A stretch of DNA of 53,400 nucleotides from Ramlibacter sp. (GTDB lineage Bacteria; Pseudomonadota; Gammaproteobacteria; Burkholderiales; Burkholderiaceae_C). A program made the position numbers and the translations under genes. Location: positions 1 to 53,400 of the forward strand of contig JBKJTX010000190.1 of NCBI GenBank assembly GCA_046590315.1, given 5' to 3'. Below the pieces are notes generated by a model, which had not been told where the DNA came from, searched no databases, and worked only from the letters and a program-made list of their open reading frames with translations. Each line of letters begins with the position of its first letter. Position 1 is the stretch's first letter. Positions 34,805-43,668 of the stretch are shown here, in pieces.

Positions 34805-37432
34805 ATGGATAGACGCGACTTCTCAAAGGCAGCAGCGGCATTTGGCGCCGTCGGCGCGGCATGGGCGAACCATCCCCGGCCCACGCCGGCGCCGCCCCCG
34901 GGGCCCACCCCTGCCCCAACAGCAGCACCCGGACCAGCGCCTGCACCTACACCCGCGCCGGCTCCATCGCCCGCACCTGGGCCAGCCCCCGCGCCCGGCG
35001 GCGCCGCTCTTGGGGTGAACCTGTCCGGTATGGAATGGGCCGAGTCGGGCCATCGCTACGGGTCGGGCACGCTACCCAATCTGCACTTCACCGTTCCGCG
35101 CGCCGCTGACGTTGTGTACCTCGCGTCTCAGGGCTTCACGCGTTCGCGCCTGCCGATCAAGTGGGAGTTTCTGCAGCCTATGCTGCACGACACCGTCGCC
35201 AACGCAGCCGCGCGTGCGGCGATCGGTGAGCCGGGCGCTTTTCACGCCGGCTATGAGGCCTACATCACTGGCGTGCTGGACGCGCATGCCGCAGCCGGCA
35301 CCAAGTGCATCATCGACTTGCACAACTACTGCCGCTACCGCGACTTCGTGTACCAGCCTGACGGGTCGGTGATCGGCCTGGTTGCGCCGGCGAACCCCTT
35401 GATTCGGCCGTTCACGTCCGATAACACGCAGGTGACATCGCGCATCTTTGCGCTGGCGGCAGGTGCAACGCTCAAACAATCGAACTTCGCCGACTTCTGG
35501 CACCGCGCGGCGCTCAAGTGGAAAGACCATCCCGGTTTCGGCGGCTATGGCCTCATGAACGAGCCGTACAACATGCCGGCGCAAGGTGAGACGACAGAAA
35601 CCTTCGGGGGCGGACAGGACGTCTTCATCTGGCCGAAATTCGCCGTCGCCGCTATCGAAGCAATTCGCGCGCTGGACCCGACGAACCCGATCTACCTTGG
35701 CGGCAACGAGTGGAGTTCGGCGATGGCGCAGGCCTATGTGAACCCGGCTTTCCCCCTCGATGGCTACGCGAACATCATTTACGAGGTGCACATGTACCTC
35801 GATGCATTCAGCAATGGGCAGTCCTTCGACTATGACTACGAGGTATCCAAAAGGTACACCGCTGGTTTTGGCAACTACCCCATCGGACCGGACACGGGCG
35901 CGAACCGGCTCAAGCTGGCCATCGACTGGGCCGAGGCGTACGGGGTGAAGCTGGCGCTCACCGAGACGGGCATGCCTATCGACGACGCCCGCTGGCAAGA
36001 GGAATTCCGGCGCTTGATGGTGATGGCACGCGCGCACAACGTGGAGGTCTACAGCTGGCTGGGCGGCAACCATTGGACGGTGCACAACCGTGCCATCAAC
36101 ACAGTGCCCGGCTGGCATCAGAACAAGACACTCGAGGCGGCGGTGGCCGGACCGATGAAGCAGTCGGCGGGCATCTCGCAGGCCACGATTTTCGCCGATG
36201 GTCCTGGCTGGGCGCCATCAGGCAACCCGGTAACGATCACCGTATATGCGCGCGGCGCCCTGGCGGCCCCACTCACCATCACCGTGAGTTCCAACAACGG
36301 CGGCGCATTGAGCAAAACCTCGCTCATCATCCCAGCAGGCGCGAATGGGCAAGACACTTTCACGTTCAGCGCAGGCCCCAACCGCATCACCACGCTGAGC
36401 TTCACCAGCAACAATCCGGCGTTCCCCGCCCCGGATGCACGCAAGGTCTATTCGCTGACGGACCCTGTTGCTTACGCGGCCACCAACCTGACCGATGCGG
36501 CGTTGGCCATCATGGCGCAGTACGGCGCCTGCAAATGGGAGCTGGCCGACGGCTACACCGACTACATGCAGGGCGTGCCGGCGGCGGCGGGCCAATTTGT
36601 TCGCGCGATCGCCGACTCCGGCTATGGGTCGAGCTCTGGCAACGCAATGGAAATGCTCAACTGGATCAACAACCAAACGCCGGCGATGGGGACGGTGGCT
36701 CCGCCTGTCATGCGCGTGACCAACAACAGGAAGAACGCCGACCACAGTGCACCGGACACCTTCGGCTTCTGGTGCCGTAAGACCGTGCCGGTGCCGAACC
36801 TGCAGCCCAATCCACGCAACAAGGCGCCCTACAACGTGCAGGATGCGCATTTCGCGGTTGCAGCGCTGAGCGTGCCGGGTGTGAACAACACAGGTGTCGT
36901 GTTCCAGGCGTCCAACGCGTCCGAGCCCGCCGGCTCGGAGCTCACCTTCAACAACAGCTTGCCCCAGGCGCGCTGGACCGACGGTAGCGGCACGACGTTG
37001 CAGCTGACCGGCGCAACGCGCCTCACTGCTAACGTGCCGGCAGTCGTGTCATTTACTTCCGTGCCGGGCGCGCAGCGGCTACGCGTCGATTCGGCAGTGG
37101 TGGCGAGCGCGGCCGCCACGTTCACGGCTGCGGTGTATGACCAGTTGCTGCTGGGTTGGGGTTTCCGCAACTTCTACCCGGAGCAGGGCTTCGGCGGCAA
37201 CCTCTACTGCGCCATCACAGGCAAGGGAGCCCCGACGGTGCCTGAAATGGAGGTGCTCGAGCGCTATCTCGCCTCGACGACGGGTGGGACGGGCACACCC
37301 GCCCCGGCGCCTTCGCCGTCGCCTTCGCCGTCGCCGTCGCCGAGTCCGGCTCCAAGTCCGGCTCCAAGTCCGGCTCCCACGCCAGCACCGACACCCGCGC
37401 CTACACCTAGGCCGCGTTCGACGCGCCGGTGA
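34805..37432 (+). CDS. Tat-exported GH5 (cellulase family) glycoside hydrolase with accessory C-terminal domains and Pro-rich linkers
   Basis: Twin-arginine signal MDRRDFSKAAAAFGAVGAAWA; GVNLSGME, RLPIKWEFLQP, IIDLHNY, LMNEP (acid/base), YEVHMYLD, LTETG (nucleophile). Confidence 0.85.
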   Translation: MDRRDFSKAAAAFGAVGAAWANHPRPTPAPPPGPTPAPTAAPGPAPAPTPAPAPSPAPGPAPAPGGAALGVNLSGMEWAESGHRYGSGTLPNLHFTVPRAADVVYLASQGFTRSRLPIKWEFLQPMLHDTVANAAARAAIGEPGAFHAGYEAYITGVLDAHAAAGTKCIIDLHNYCRYRDFVYQPDGSVIGLVAPANPLIRPFTSDNTQVTSRIFALAAGATLKQSNFADFWHRAALKWKDHPGFGGYGLMNEPYNMPAQGETTETFGGGQDVFIWPKFAVAAIEAIRALDPTNPIYLGGNEWSSAMAQAYVNPAFPLDGYANIIYEVHMYLDAFSNGQSFDYDYEVSKRYTAGFGNYPIGPDTGANRLKLAIDWAEAYGVKLALTETGMPIDDARWQEEFRRLMVMARAHNVEVYSWLGGNHWTVHNRAINTVPGWHQNKTLEAAVAGPMKQSAGISQATIFADGPGWAPSGNPVTITVYARGALAAPLTITVSSNNGGALSKTSLIIPAGANGQDTFTFSAGPNRITTLSFTSNNPAFPAPDARKVYSLTDPVAYAATNLTDAALAIMAQYGACKWELADGYTDYMQGVPAAAGQFVRAIADSGYGSSSGNAMEMLNWINNQTPAMGTVAPPVMRVTNNRKNADHSAPDTFGFWCRKTVPVPNLQPNPRNKAPYNVQDAHFAVAALSVPGVNNTGVVFQASNASEPAGSELTFNNSLPQARWTDGSGTTLQLTGATRLTANVPAVVSFTSVPGAQRLRVDSAVVASAAATFTAAVYDQLLLGWGFRNFYPEQGFGGNLYCAITGKGAPTVPEMEVLERYLASTTGGTGTPAPAPSPSPSPSPSPSPAPSPAPSPAPTPAPTPAPTPRPRSTRR
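34873..34998 (+). repeat. Low-complexity Pro-Ala/Pro-Thr coding repeat (N-terminal linker)
   Basis: Encodes PRPTPAPPPGPTPAPTAAPGPAPAPTPAPAPSPAPGPAPAP; boundaries approximate. Confidence 0.7.
37297..37410 (+). repeat. Pro-Ser/Pro-Thr coding repeat including 12-bp AGTCCGGCTCCA x3
   Basis: Encodes PAPAPSPSPSPSPSPSPAPSPAPSPAPTPAPTPAPTP; 12-mer units at 37343-37378 (third unit ends in C). Confidence 0.75.
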
Positions 37433-37684
37433 GACGCGCTGTATCGCTAAGTCCGTGACTGCGGACTGAGACGAGCTGCGGCGGAGTGCTTGCGGCAGAG
37501 TTGGTGAGTCCAAGTGCGTGAGCGAAAGAGTGAACTTGCTCACACCTGCACGTGAAAAGCCGTCGGCAAATTGCTGTCGAGTGGCATTCACGGTTCGCCT
37601 GTACCACTATCCGCCTTCCACTTTCCAGCACGTGCACGACGCGAACATCTATCACTGTTGCGTCGCTTGCATCGCTCGTTCGAC

Positions 37685-39034
37685 ATGTCTCCATCCTCTT
37701 CAAATGCTGCGAGGACGCGCATCGAGCGCACGCACCAGCCAACGCGAGCGTCGTTAACGCCCAAGCGGCGGGTCGGTTCGAACCATGGCGTGCTTCTGAC
37801 TTCCGGTAATTACCTGGGTACTCTCGCCGCGGCGCGTGACCTCGGCCGCGAAGGCATCAAGTTGACGCTTGCCGATGCTGAGTCGAACACCTTGGTTTCC
37901 CGCTCTTGTTATGTGCAGCTGCCGCTGCAATGCCCACCGCCGTCGCGGCCGGCGGAGTGGCTCGCATGGATGATCGAGCACGGTCGCCGCGCCACGGGAC
38001 AGGTGCTCTTCGCAACGAGCGACGACATCTGCTGGCTGATGGAACACTATCGGGAGGCGCTGTCTCGCCACTACGTTCAGTACTCGGCCGCGCCAGGCGC
38101 GATGATGGAGCTGCTCGATAAGCACAAGCTTTATCGCCATTGCGCCTGCCTGGACATCGACCAACCGGAGCAGTGGACTGCGGCAGAAGCGCTGGGACAC
38201 CCGTCGATGCGATACCCCGTCGTGGTAAAGCCGCGAACTCAGGCGGGGATCTGCGCCAACCCTAAAGGGATAGTTTGTGCGAACGAGCCTCAGCTCCGTG
38301 CGGCGCTCGAGATGGCCAAGGTGAAATTTGTACATTGGCCCGACGTGCTCGTCGCGCACCCCGAATTTGCGGAGCCCGTCGTGCAGGCCTTTCACGCGGA
38401 AGCCGAGCAACACATCTATTCTCTGGCCGGTTTTTATGCGCCGGAGCGGGATGTCTTTTTAGTGCGCGCCGCGGAAAAAGTGTTGCAGCATCCCATGCGA
38501 ATCGGTGTGGGGTTGTGCTTTGAAAGCCGTCCGGTCGCCCCAGCGCTGGCATCGCAGCTGCGCCAGCTGTTCGACCGGGTTGGGTATCGTGGCCCTTTTG
38601 AAGTTGAATTCATCCATCTTCAGCAGGCGCAGCGTTACCTGCTCATTGACGTGAACCCAAGGTTTTACGGGCAGATGGGATTCGAGCTTGCCCGCGGACT
38701 GCCCACCGCGCGCCTGTGCTATGCCGCAGCCACCGGCGATACGGCTCGCGTCGACGACTTGGCTGCCGAGGCTGCCCACCATTCGGAAGCGGGCGCTACG
38801 GCCTGCTTCAGGGATGCCTGGCTGCTGCGCCTGTACGCAACCACACATTGGCTGAGCGGCAACTTCAACCTCGACCAGTGGCGTTTCTGGATGCGCATGG
38901 CACAGCGCGGCGATGCGGGTGATCCAGTGCTCGCGCAAGATGACCCAACGCCGTCCGCCCACCGATGGAAGAGGTTGGCGCTGAACTTGACGCGCAACCC
39001 ACGTTCGACCCTGCTCAGGTTCTTCGTGCGCTAG
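37685..39034 (+). CDS. ATP-grasp carboxylate-amine ligase (D-aspartate-ligase/CPS-like)
   Basis: GTLAAARDLGREGI, LFATSDD, LLDKHKLY, YPVVVKPR, VGYRGPFEVEF, LIDVNPRFYG. Start uncertain. Confidence 0.8.
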   Translation: MSPSSSNAARTRIERTHQPTRASLTPKRRVGSNHGVLLTSGNYLGTLAAARDLGREGIKLTLADAESNTLVSRSCYVQLPLQCPPPSRPAEWLAWMIEHGRRATGQVLFATSDDICWLMEHYREALSRHYVQYSAAPGAMMELLDKHKLYRHCACLDIDQPEQWTAAEALGHPSMRYPVVVKPRTQAGICANPKGIVCANEPQLRAALEMAKVKFVHWPDVLVAHPEFAEPVVQAFHAEAEQHIYSLAGFYAPERDVFLVRAAEKVLQHPMRIGVGLCFESRPVAPALASQLRQLFDRVGYRGPFEVEFIHLQQAQRYLLIDVNPRFYGQMGFELARGLPTARLCYAAATGDTARVDDLAAEAAHHSEAGATACFRDAWLLRLYATTHWLSGNFNLDQWRFWMRMAQRGDAGDPVLAQDDPTPSAHRWKRLALNLTRNPRSTLLRFFVR

Positions 39035-39094
39035 GCAGCGCGCTGCGGCCTCAGGCCCCGGAAGGACCGCTCGCGATCGCTGCAGCGGCGTCCT

Positions 39095-39589
39095 TTAGGC
39101 CAGCTTGGGAATGCGCAGCTTCTGGCCCGGATAAATTTTGTCCGGGTCGGACAGCATGGGCCGGTTGGCTTCGAAGATCGCGTTGTATTTGCCAGCGTCG
39201 CCGTAATATTTCTTCGAAATGGCTGACAGAGTGTCCCCCTTAGCCACATCGTGGAACTGCGCGGCCTGGGATTCCGGCGCAGTCAGCTGGTTGTCCACCG
39301 AGGCGACGTGCGCCACATTGCCACAGCAAAGCACGGCTTTTTCGGCGGCTTCCTGGGACGGCGCCTTGCCGGTGATCGTTACCTTGCCGCTCGCGCCATC
39401 GAACTTCACATCGAGGTTCTCGATGCCAAGCTTTTGCTGTTCCACATACGTCTGGATCGCGTCCCCGGCTTTCGCGTTCAGTACGTCAACGCTTTCTTGT
39501 TGGGCTTGGGGCGCAGCACCGGAGGCTTGCGCTTCGGGATGCTTGAAAAGCTTTTCGCCGGCTTCCTTGATAAAACTGATGAGCGACAT
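39095..39589 (-). CDS. kbp: BON-LysM protein Kbp/YgaU (cytoplasmic K+-binding)
   Basis: Start ATG 39589 with AGGAG. MSLISFIKEAGEKLF, KAVLCCGNV, VAKGDTLSAISKKYYG, IFEANRPMLSDPDKIYPGQKLRIP. Confidence 0.92.
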   Translation of the reverse strand: MSLISFIKEAGEKLFKHPEAQASGAAPQAQQESVDVLNAKAGDAIQTYVEQQKLGIENLDVKFDGASGKVTITGKAPSQEAAEKAVLCCGNVAHVASVDNQLTAPESQAAQFHDVAKGDTLSAISKKYYGDAGKYNAIFEANRPMLSDPDKIYPGQKLRIPKLA

Positions 39590-39694
39590 GGAATCTCCTG
39601 GAGTTGTCGCCAGAGTGTGCAAACGTCGTGCTCGCGCACCCGTCGGACACAAACGTGCGGCCGTGTAGGCAGCGGCGCACAATTGAGCGCGGGA

Positions 39695-40033
39695 CTAACG
39701 CGTTAGCAATCTTTGCAGAAGGCCCATGCCGCCATGCGGCCGGCTGCTCTCGGGTGCGAGCCGGTCGGCCTTGCCCTGCCAGCGAGATGCCAAGCGTGAA
39801 AAGCTTGCACGCGTCGGTGCGTCAAAGCACTCCTGCTCGCGCAGTGTGAGGAAGTTTCGGCCGATCCTGCGGGCAAGAAGGTAGCGGTGCGCCGGCGCCG
39901 CGGTTTGCATGAACGCGGTCATGAGCGAGAGGGTGGCCAGCCAAAGTGAAGTGCACGCCTGAAATAGCGCGGCCTGGCCGACATGTTGTGCGGCATCGAG
40001 ATCCGCTGTGAATGCGGTCGGTGCGGATTTCAT
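39695..40033 (-). CDS. Hypothetical small helical protein
   Basis: 112-aa ORF with GGGAG upstream; fills the gap between co-oriented genes; no recognised family. Confidence 0.6.
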   Translation of the reverse strand: MKSAPTAFTADLDAAQHVGQAALFQACTSLWLATLSLMTAFMQTAAPAHRYLLARRIGRNFLTLREQECFDAPTRASFSRLASRWQGKADRLAPESSRPHGGMGLLQRLLTR

Positions 40034-40112
40034 AGAGCGGACTCCCTGGAAGACGTTGAGTCATCCTAGGGCGGGGCGATTGCAGCCCCTGTCAGTCCGC
40101 TGCGCCAAGGGT

Positions 40113-40137
40113 GGCCCGCCGTCTCCTACGGCGGGCC
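40113..40137 (-). terminator. GC-rich hairpin downstream of the KGG gene (terminator or stabiliser; no U-tract)
   Basis: GGCCCGCCGT-CTCCT-ACGGCGGGCC perfect 10-bp stem, 12 nt after the stop. Confidence 0.5.
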
Positions 40138-40148
40138 GGGGGGCGTGG

Positions 40149-40385
40149 TTACTTTTCGCTGCTGCCGTTGCTTTTGCCGTTGCCGGCATGCCGCTTGCGG
40201 CCAGCGGCGCGAGCTTCTTCGCTGGTGAATTCATGCGCATGCCCGCTTTGGTGCGCTGCGCGCCCGCCCAGGCTGGCGATTTCTTTTTGGCGCTGCGGGT
40301 CCATCGCGGCGAAACCGCGCGGGCTCTTGCGCTGACCTGTGGTTTCGCCTTCGCTGCGCTGGTTGGAAGTGTCTAGCAATGCCAT
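40149..40385 (-). CDS. KGG-motif general stress protein (YciG/YmdF/GsiB-like)
   Basis: Start ATG 40385 with AAGGA. RGFAAMDPQRQKEIASLGGRAAHQSGHAHEFTSEEARAAGRK. Confidence 0.88.
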   Translation of the reverse strand: MALLDTSNQRSEGETTGQRKSPRGFAAMDPQRQKEIASLGGRAAHQSGHAHEFTSEEARAAGRKRHAGNGKSNGSSEK

Positions 40386-40426
40386 GGTGAGTCCTTTGGG
40401 TTTGGGTTGGAAACACCAGTCATGTG

Positions 40427-40441
40427 GCAAGGTCCGTGCCC
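40427..40441 (-). promoter_or_regulatory. sigma54 (-24/-12) promoter of the KGG stress gene
   Basis: Minus strand GGGCACG-GACC-TTGC versus consensus TGGCACG-N4-TTGC; 42 nt upstream of the ATG and next to a sigma54 activator gene. Confidence 0.75.
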
Positions 40442-40541
40442 GGCCATTTGTGTATACGAAATCGTGCTTGCGGATGCTTGAGCTGCTGCTCGGCGGTAAA
40501 AATTGCTGCAAGCCGAGCTCCCGCTTTACGCGTTATGGCAA

Positions 40542-41888
40542 TTAAACCCCGTATTCCTTGAGGCGGTTGTACAGCGTCTTGAGGCTGACCCCCAGTGCGG
40601 CGGCGGTGCGCTCCTTTTGGTGCCCAAAGTGTTCGAGGGTTGCGAGAATCACCTGGCGCTCGACGGCGGCCAGCGGTGTGCCTACGGTGACTTCAAGCAC
40701 GCCAGCGGGTGCTTCGCGTGGCGCTTCTACCTGAACGTCGCGCGGCAGCCATTGCTCCGTAATTTCCGGCCCCGCGCTCATGACATAGGCGCGCTGAAGC
40801 GCGTTGCGAAGTTCGCGCACGTTGCCCGACCAGCCATATTGTGCGAGCCGCTCGAGCGCGGCGGGCGTGGCGCGTTTGAACGCGCCTTCGCGCTGGCCCA
40901 TCTCCTGCAGGAAGTGCAACACCAGAAGTGGGAGGTCCTCGCGGCGCTCCCGCAGCGGCGGCATGTCGATGGGAAAGACGTTGAGGCGGTAGTACAGGTC
41001 TTCGCGCAGTACGCCCGTAGCCACCGCTTGCAGGGGGTCGCGGTTGGTTGCTGCGATGACCCGAACGTCGGTTTCTTGCGCCGTTGTCGAGCCTACGCGC
41101 ATGAACGTGCCAGTCTCCAGCACCCGCAACAGTTTGACCTGCAGCGCCAGCGGCATCTCGGTCAGTTCGTCCAGAAACAGCGTGCCGCCGTGGGCCCGCT
41201 CAAAGAAGCCCTGGTGCAGGCGGTCGGCGCCGGTAAAGCTGCCCTTTTCGTGGCCGAAGATCTCGCTTTCGATCAGATTGGGCGAAATTGCGCCGCAGTT
41301 CACGGCGAGGAAGGGGCGAGCGCGGCGGCGGCTCAGGTCGTGCACAGTACGCGCCACCAATTCCTTGCCGGTACCGCTTTCGCCCGAAATAAAAACAGTG
41401 ACGGAGGTGCCCGCCACACGTGCCAACTGCTCGTACACGCGCTTCATCGGTTCGGACTTGCCCACCAGGTGCCCGAAGCGGCCGGTGCGCTGCAGCTCGT
41501 CGTTCAGGCCATCGACTTCAGCCCGCAGCACAGAGGGCCTGACCACGCGCGAGAGAATGCCTTGCAACTGCTTGGCGCTCACCGGTTTGATCAGATAGTC
41601 CGCCGCGCCATATCGCAAGGCTTGGATTGAAGTCTCCAGGCTCGCGTGGCCCGTCATCAACACCACCTCCGAATTACCGATCAACTCCTGGTCATCCAGC
41701 AGCGCCATGCCATTGCCATCGGGCAGCCGCAGGTCCAGCAGCACGACGTCGGGCTGCTGCAAAGCCAACTGGCGGCGCGCGTCATGCAGCGACCGCGCCG
41801 TGACTGCCGAGAAGCCTTCGGCGCCGACCAGCGCGGCCATCATGTGCGCGGAGTCGGCATCGTCTTCGACAATCAGTGCGTGTCCCAT
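40542..41888 (-). CDS. sigma54-dependent NtrC-family response regulator (REC-AAA+-Fis HTH)
   Basis: LIVEDD, LLDLRLPDG, GESGTGKELVA, ESEIFGHEKGSFTGA (GAFTGA variant), TLFLDE, REDLYYRLNV, WSGNVREL, LGVSLKTLYNRL. Confidence 0.95.
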   Translation of the reverse strand: MGHALIVEDDADSAHMMAALVGAEGFSAVTARSLHDARRQLALQQPDVVLLDLRLPDGNGMALLDDQELIGNSEVVLMTGHASLETSIQALRYGAADYLIKPVSAKQLQGILSRVVRPSVLRAEVDGLNDELQRTGRFGHLVGKSEPMKRVYEQLARVAGTSVTVFISGESGTGKELVARTVHDLSRRRARPFLAVNCGAISPNLIESEIFGHEKGSFTGADRLHQGFFERAHGGTLFLDELTEMPLALQVKLLRVLETGTFMRVGSTTAQETDVRVIAATNRDPLQAVATGVLREDLYYRLNVFPIDMPPLRERREDLPLLVLHFLQEMGQREGAFKRATPAALERLAQYGWSGNVRELRNALQRAYVMSAGPEITEQWLPRDVQVEAPREAPAGVLEVTVGTPLAAVERQVILATLEHFGHQKERTAAALGVSLKTLYNRLKEYGV

Positions 41889-42255
41889 TGGGGTGACTCT
41901 CCTTTGGCAAGACCAGGCGAGGCCGAGCTAATTATTTATGAACTGTCGCGTCAAGTGCGTAACACGCGGTGCTCGATCATGCACCTAGCGCCAGCTCAGC
42001 CACACTTTCTGCGCGGCAGCAATTGCCGAAAGAGCTATAGACGTGCAACGTAAGCACTTGATGAGCTCCCTGTCACCGCGACTGCAGCGCGCGGCGCGGC
42101 TGCTCCAAATGTCATCCCGTGCAAGCCGCAAGCAACTGCAACTCGCAGCGCGGAGCTGCATTTGATTGGCGCGGCTCTCGAACGTCATTTGCCGTGAGGG
42201 GTGAGACACGGCGACGTCGCCTCCTGAGGGCTCATCAGCCTTTAGACTCTCGGGC

Positions 42256-43668
42256 ATGAAGCCCGACACGTCGCCTCCCGCTGCCACCCCGGCCGAGGCG
42301 CAATGGGTGGAAGCCGAGCTGGTGCGCAGCTTGATGCGCACCGCGCGCACGTCGCAGCTGATCGGCTTGCTGCTGATTCCCATCATCATCGGCGTGCTTT
42401 GGAACGAGGCGCGTTTCGGCATGCTGGCGATCTGGGCCCTGGCCGCGGTGACTGTGGCCTCCCTGCGCTTCTGGGTCATCGGCAAGTACGTGCGCGAAGT
42501 GATGGCCAAGGGCGCGCGGGAACACCTGGCGTTTTTCAGTCGTTATCGCGTGCTGTGGCCCATCAGCGCGTTGGTTTGGGGCCTGTCGACGCTGCTCTAC
42601 TTCGACCGTTCTTCGCTCGCCGACCAGTTCGTCTGCTGGTTGATCATGGCGGGGCTGATGATGTTCTCGATCAACAGCCTGTCCAGTCACCTGCGCACAC
42701 TGCGCTACTACCTGGACACGCTGGCCTTGACTGCGCTGGGCGTCATCTTTTGGCGCATCGGCGTCGAGCTGCAGTTCCAAGGGCCTTTCCATCACTATTG
42801 GGTCGTTACGCTACTGGTCGTCTTCTGGCAGGTGCTGCGCCAGGCGGGCCTGCGCCTGCACGTGACCCACCGAAAAAACTTCGAGCTGCAGTACCGCAAC
42901 AACCAGTTGATCGAGTCCCTCACCCGTCAGACCCAAGCGGCGCTCGACGCCGTGGAGATCAAGAACCGGTTCCTCGCGAGCGCGGCGCACGACATTCGCC
43001 AGCCAGTACATGCCCTAGGCCTTTACGCCGACTGGCTCGGAAGCGAGCCGGAGCTGGTGCATGAGATCGCTCCGAAGATCGTCGAATCGACCAAGGCCGT
43101 GAACGCGCTGTTCGACTCGCTCTTCGACCTGGTGCGGCTGGACGCCGGGAAGGTCAAGCTCAACATCGAAGTGGTCGACCTCGTCAAGCTGCTGCATGAC
43201 ATCGAGCTGCAGTACCGTCCGCTGGCGCAAGCAAAAGGGCTGGAGTTTCGGGTGCATGCGACGCCCGGCACCGTCGTCTCGGACCCCATCCTTCTGAGGC
43301 GCATCGTTGGCAACCTGGTCTCCAATGCGGTGAAGTACACCCGGCGCGGCGGCGTGCTGCTGGCCGCGCGATCGAAAAAAGGCTCATGCTCGATTGAGGT
43401 TTGGGACACCGGCCTCGGCATCGCGCCGGTACACCAGCATGAAATCTTCCGCGAGTTTTACAAGGTGCCCAGCCATGCGGGCACGGAAGACGGCTTCGGG
43501 TTGGGGCTTTATATCGTGGCGCGACTCGCCGCGATTTTGGGACACCCGATCAGCCTGAGGTCCAAGCCCGGGCACGGCACCGTGTTCCGGATGATGCTCC
43601 GGCCCACCGATGCCCAAGAGGCGGCCGACCGGGCCGCCACCATTTCTCAGCTCGTGAGCATCCCGTGA
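42256..43668 (+). CDS. Membrane-bound sensor histidine kinase
   Basis: Multi-TM N-terminus; KNRFLASAAHDIRQP, NLVSNAVKYT, VWDTGLGI, GFGLGL. Confidence 0.92.
   Translation: MKPDTSPPAATPAEAQWVEAELVRSLMRTARTSQLIGLLLIPIIIGVLWNEARFGMLAIWALAAVTVASLRFWVIGKYVREVMAKGAREHLAFFSRYRVLWPISALVWGLSTLLYFDRSSLADQFVCWLIMAGLMMFSINSLSSHLRTLRYYLDTLALTALGVIFWRIGVELQFQGPFHHYWVVTLLVVFWQVLRQAGLRLHVTHRKNFELQYRNNQLIESLTRQTQAALDAVEIKNRFLASAAHDIRQPVHALGLYADWLGSEPELVHEIAPKIVESTKAVNALFDSLFDLVRLDAGKVKLNIEVVDLVKLLHDIELQYRPLAQAKGLEFRVHATPGTVVSDPILLRRIVGNLVSNAVKYTRRGGVLLAARSKKGSCSIEVWDTGLGIAPVHQHEIFREFYKVPSHAGTEDGFGLGLYIVARLAAILGHPISLRSKPGHGTVFRMMLRPTDAQEAADRAATISQLVSIP

Noticed and set aside
37297-37410. Short tandem repeats considered as CRISPR or non-coding VNTR
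   Set aside because: There are no spacers; the units are in-frame codons of a Pro-rich linker.
39618-39633. sigma54-like site before kbp (minus strand GAGCACG-ACGT-TTGCA)
   Set aside because: The -12 box and position are good, but the near-invariant -24 GG is AG, so I did not call it. Worth revisiting if kbp proves RpoN-dependent.
40503-41630. 375-aa plus-strand ORF
   Set aside because: Typical antisense shadow of an NtrC-family gene.
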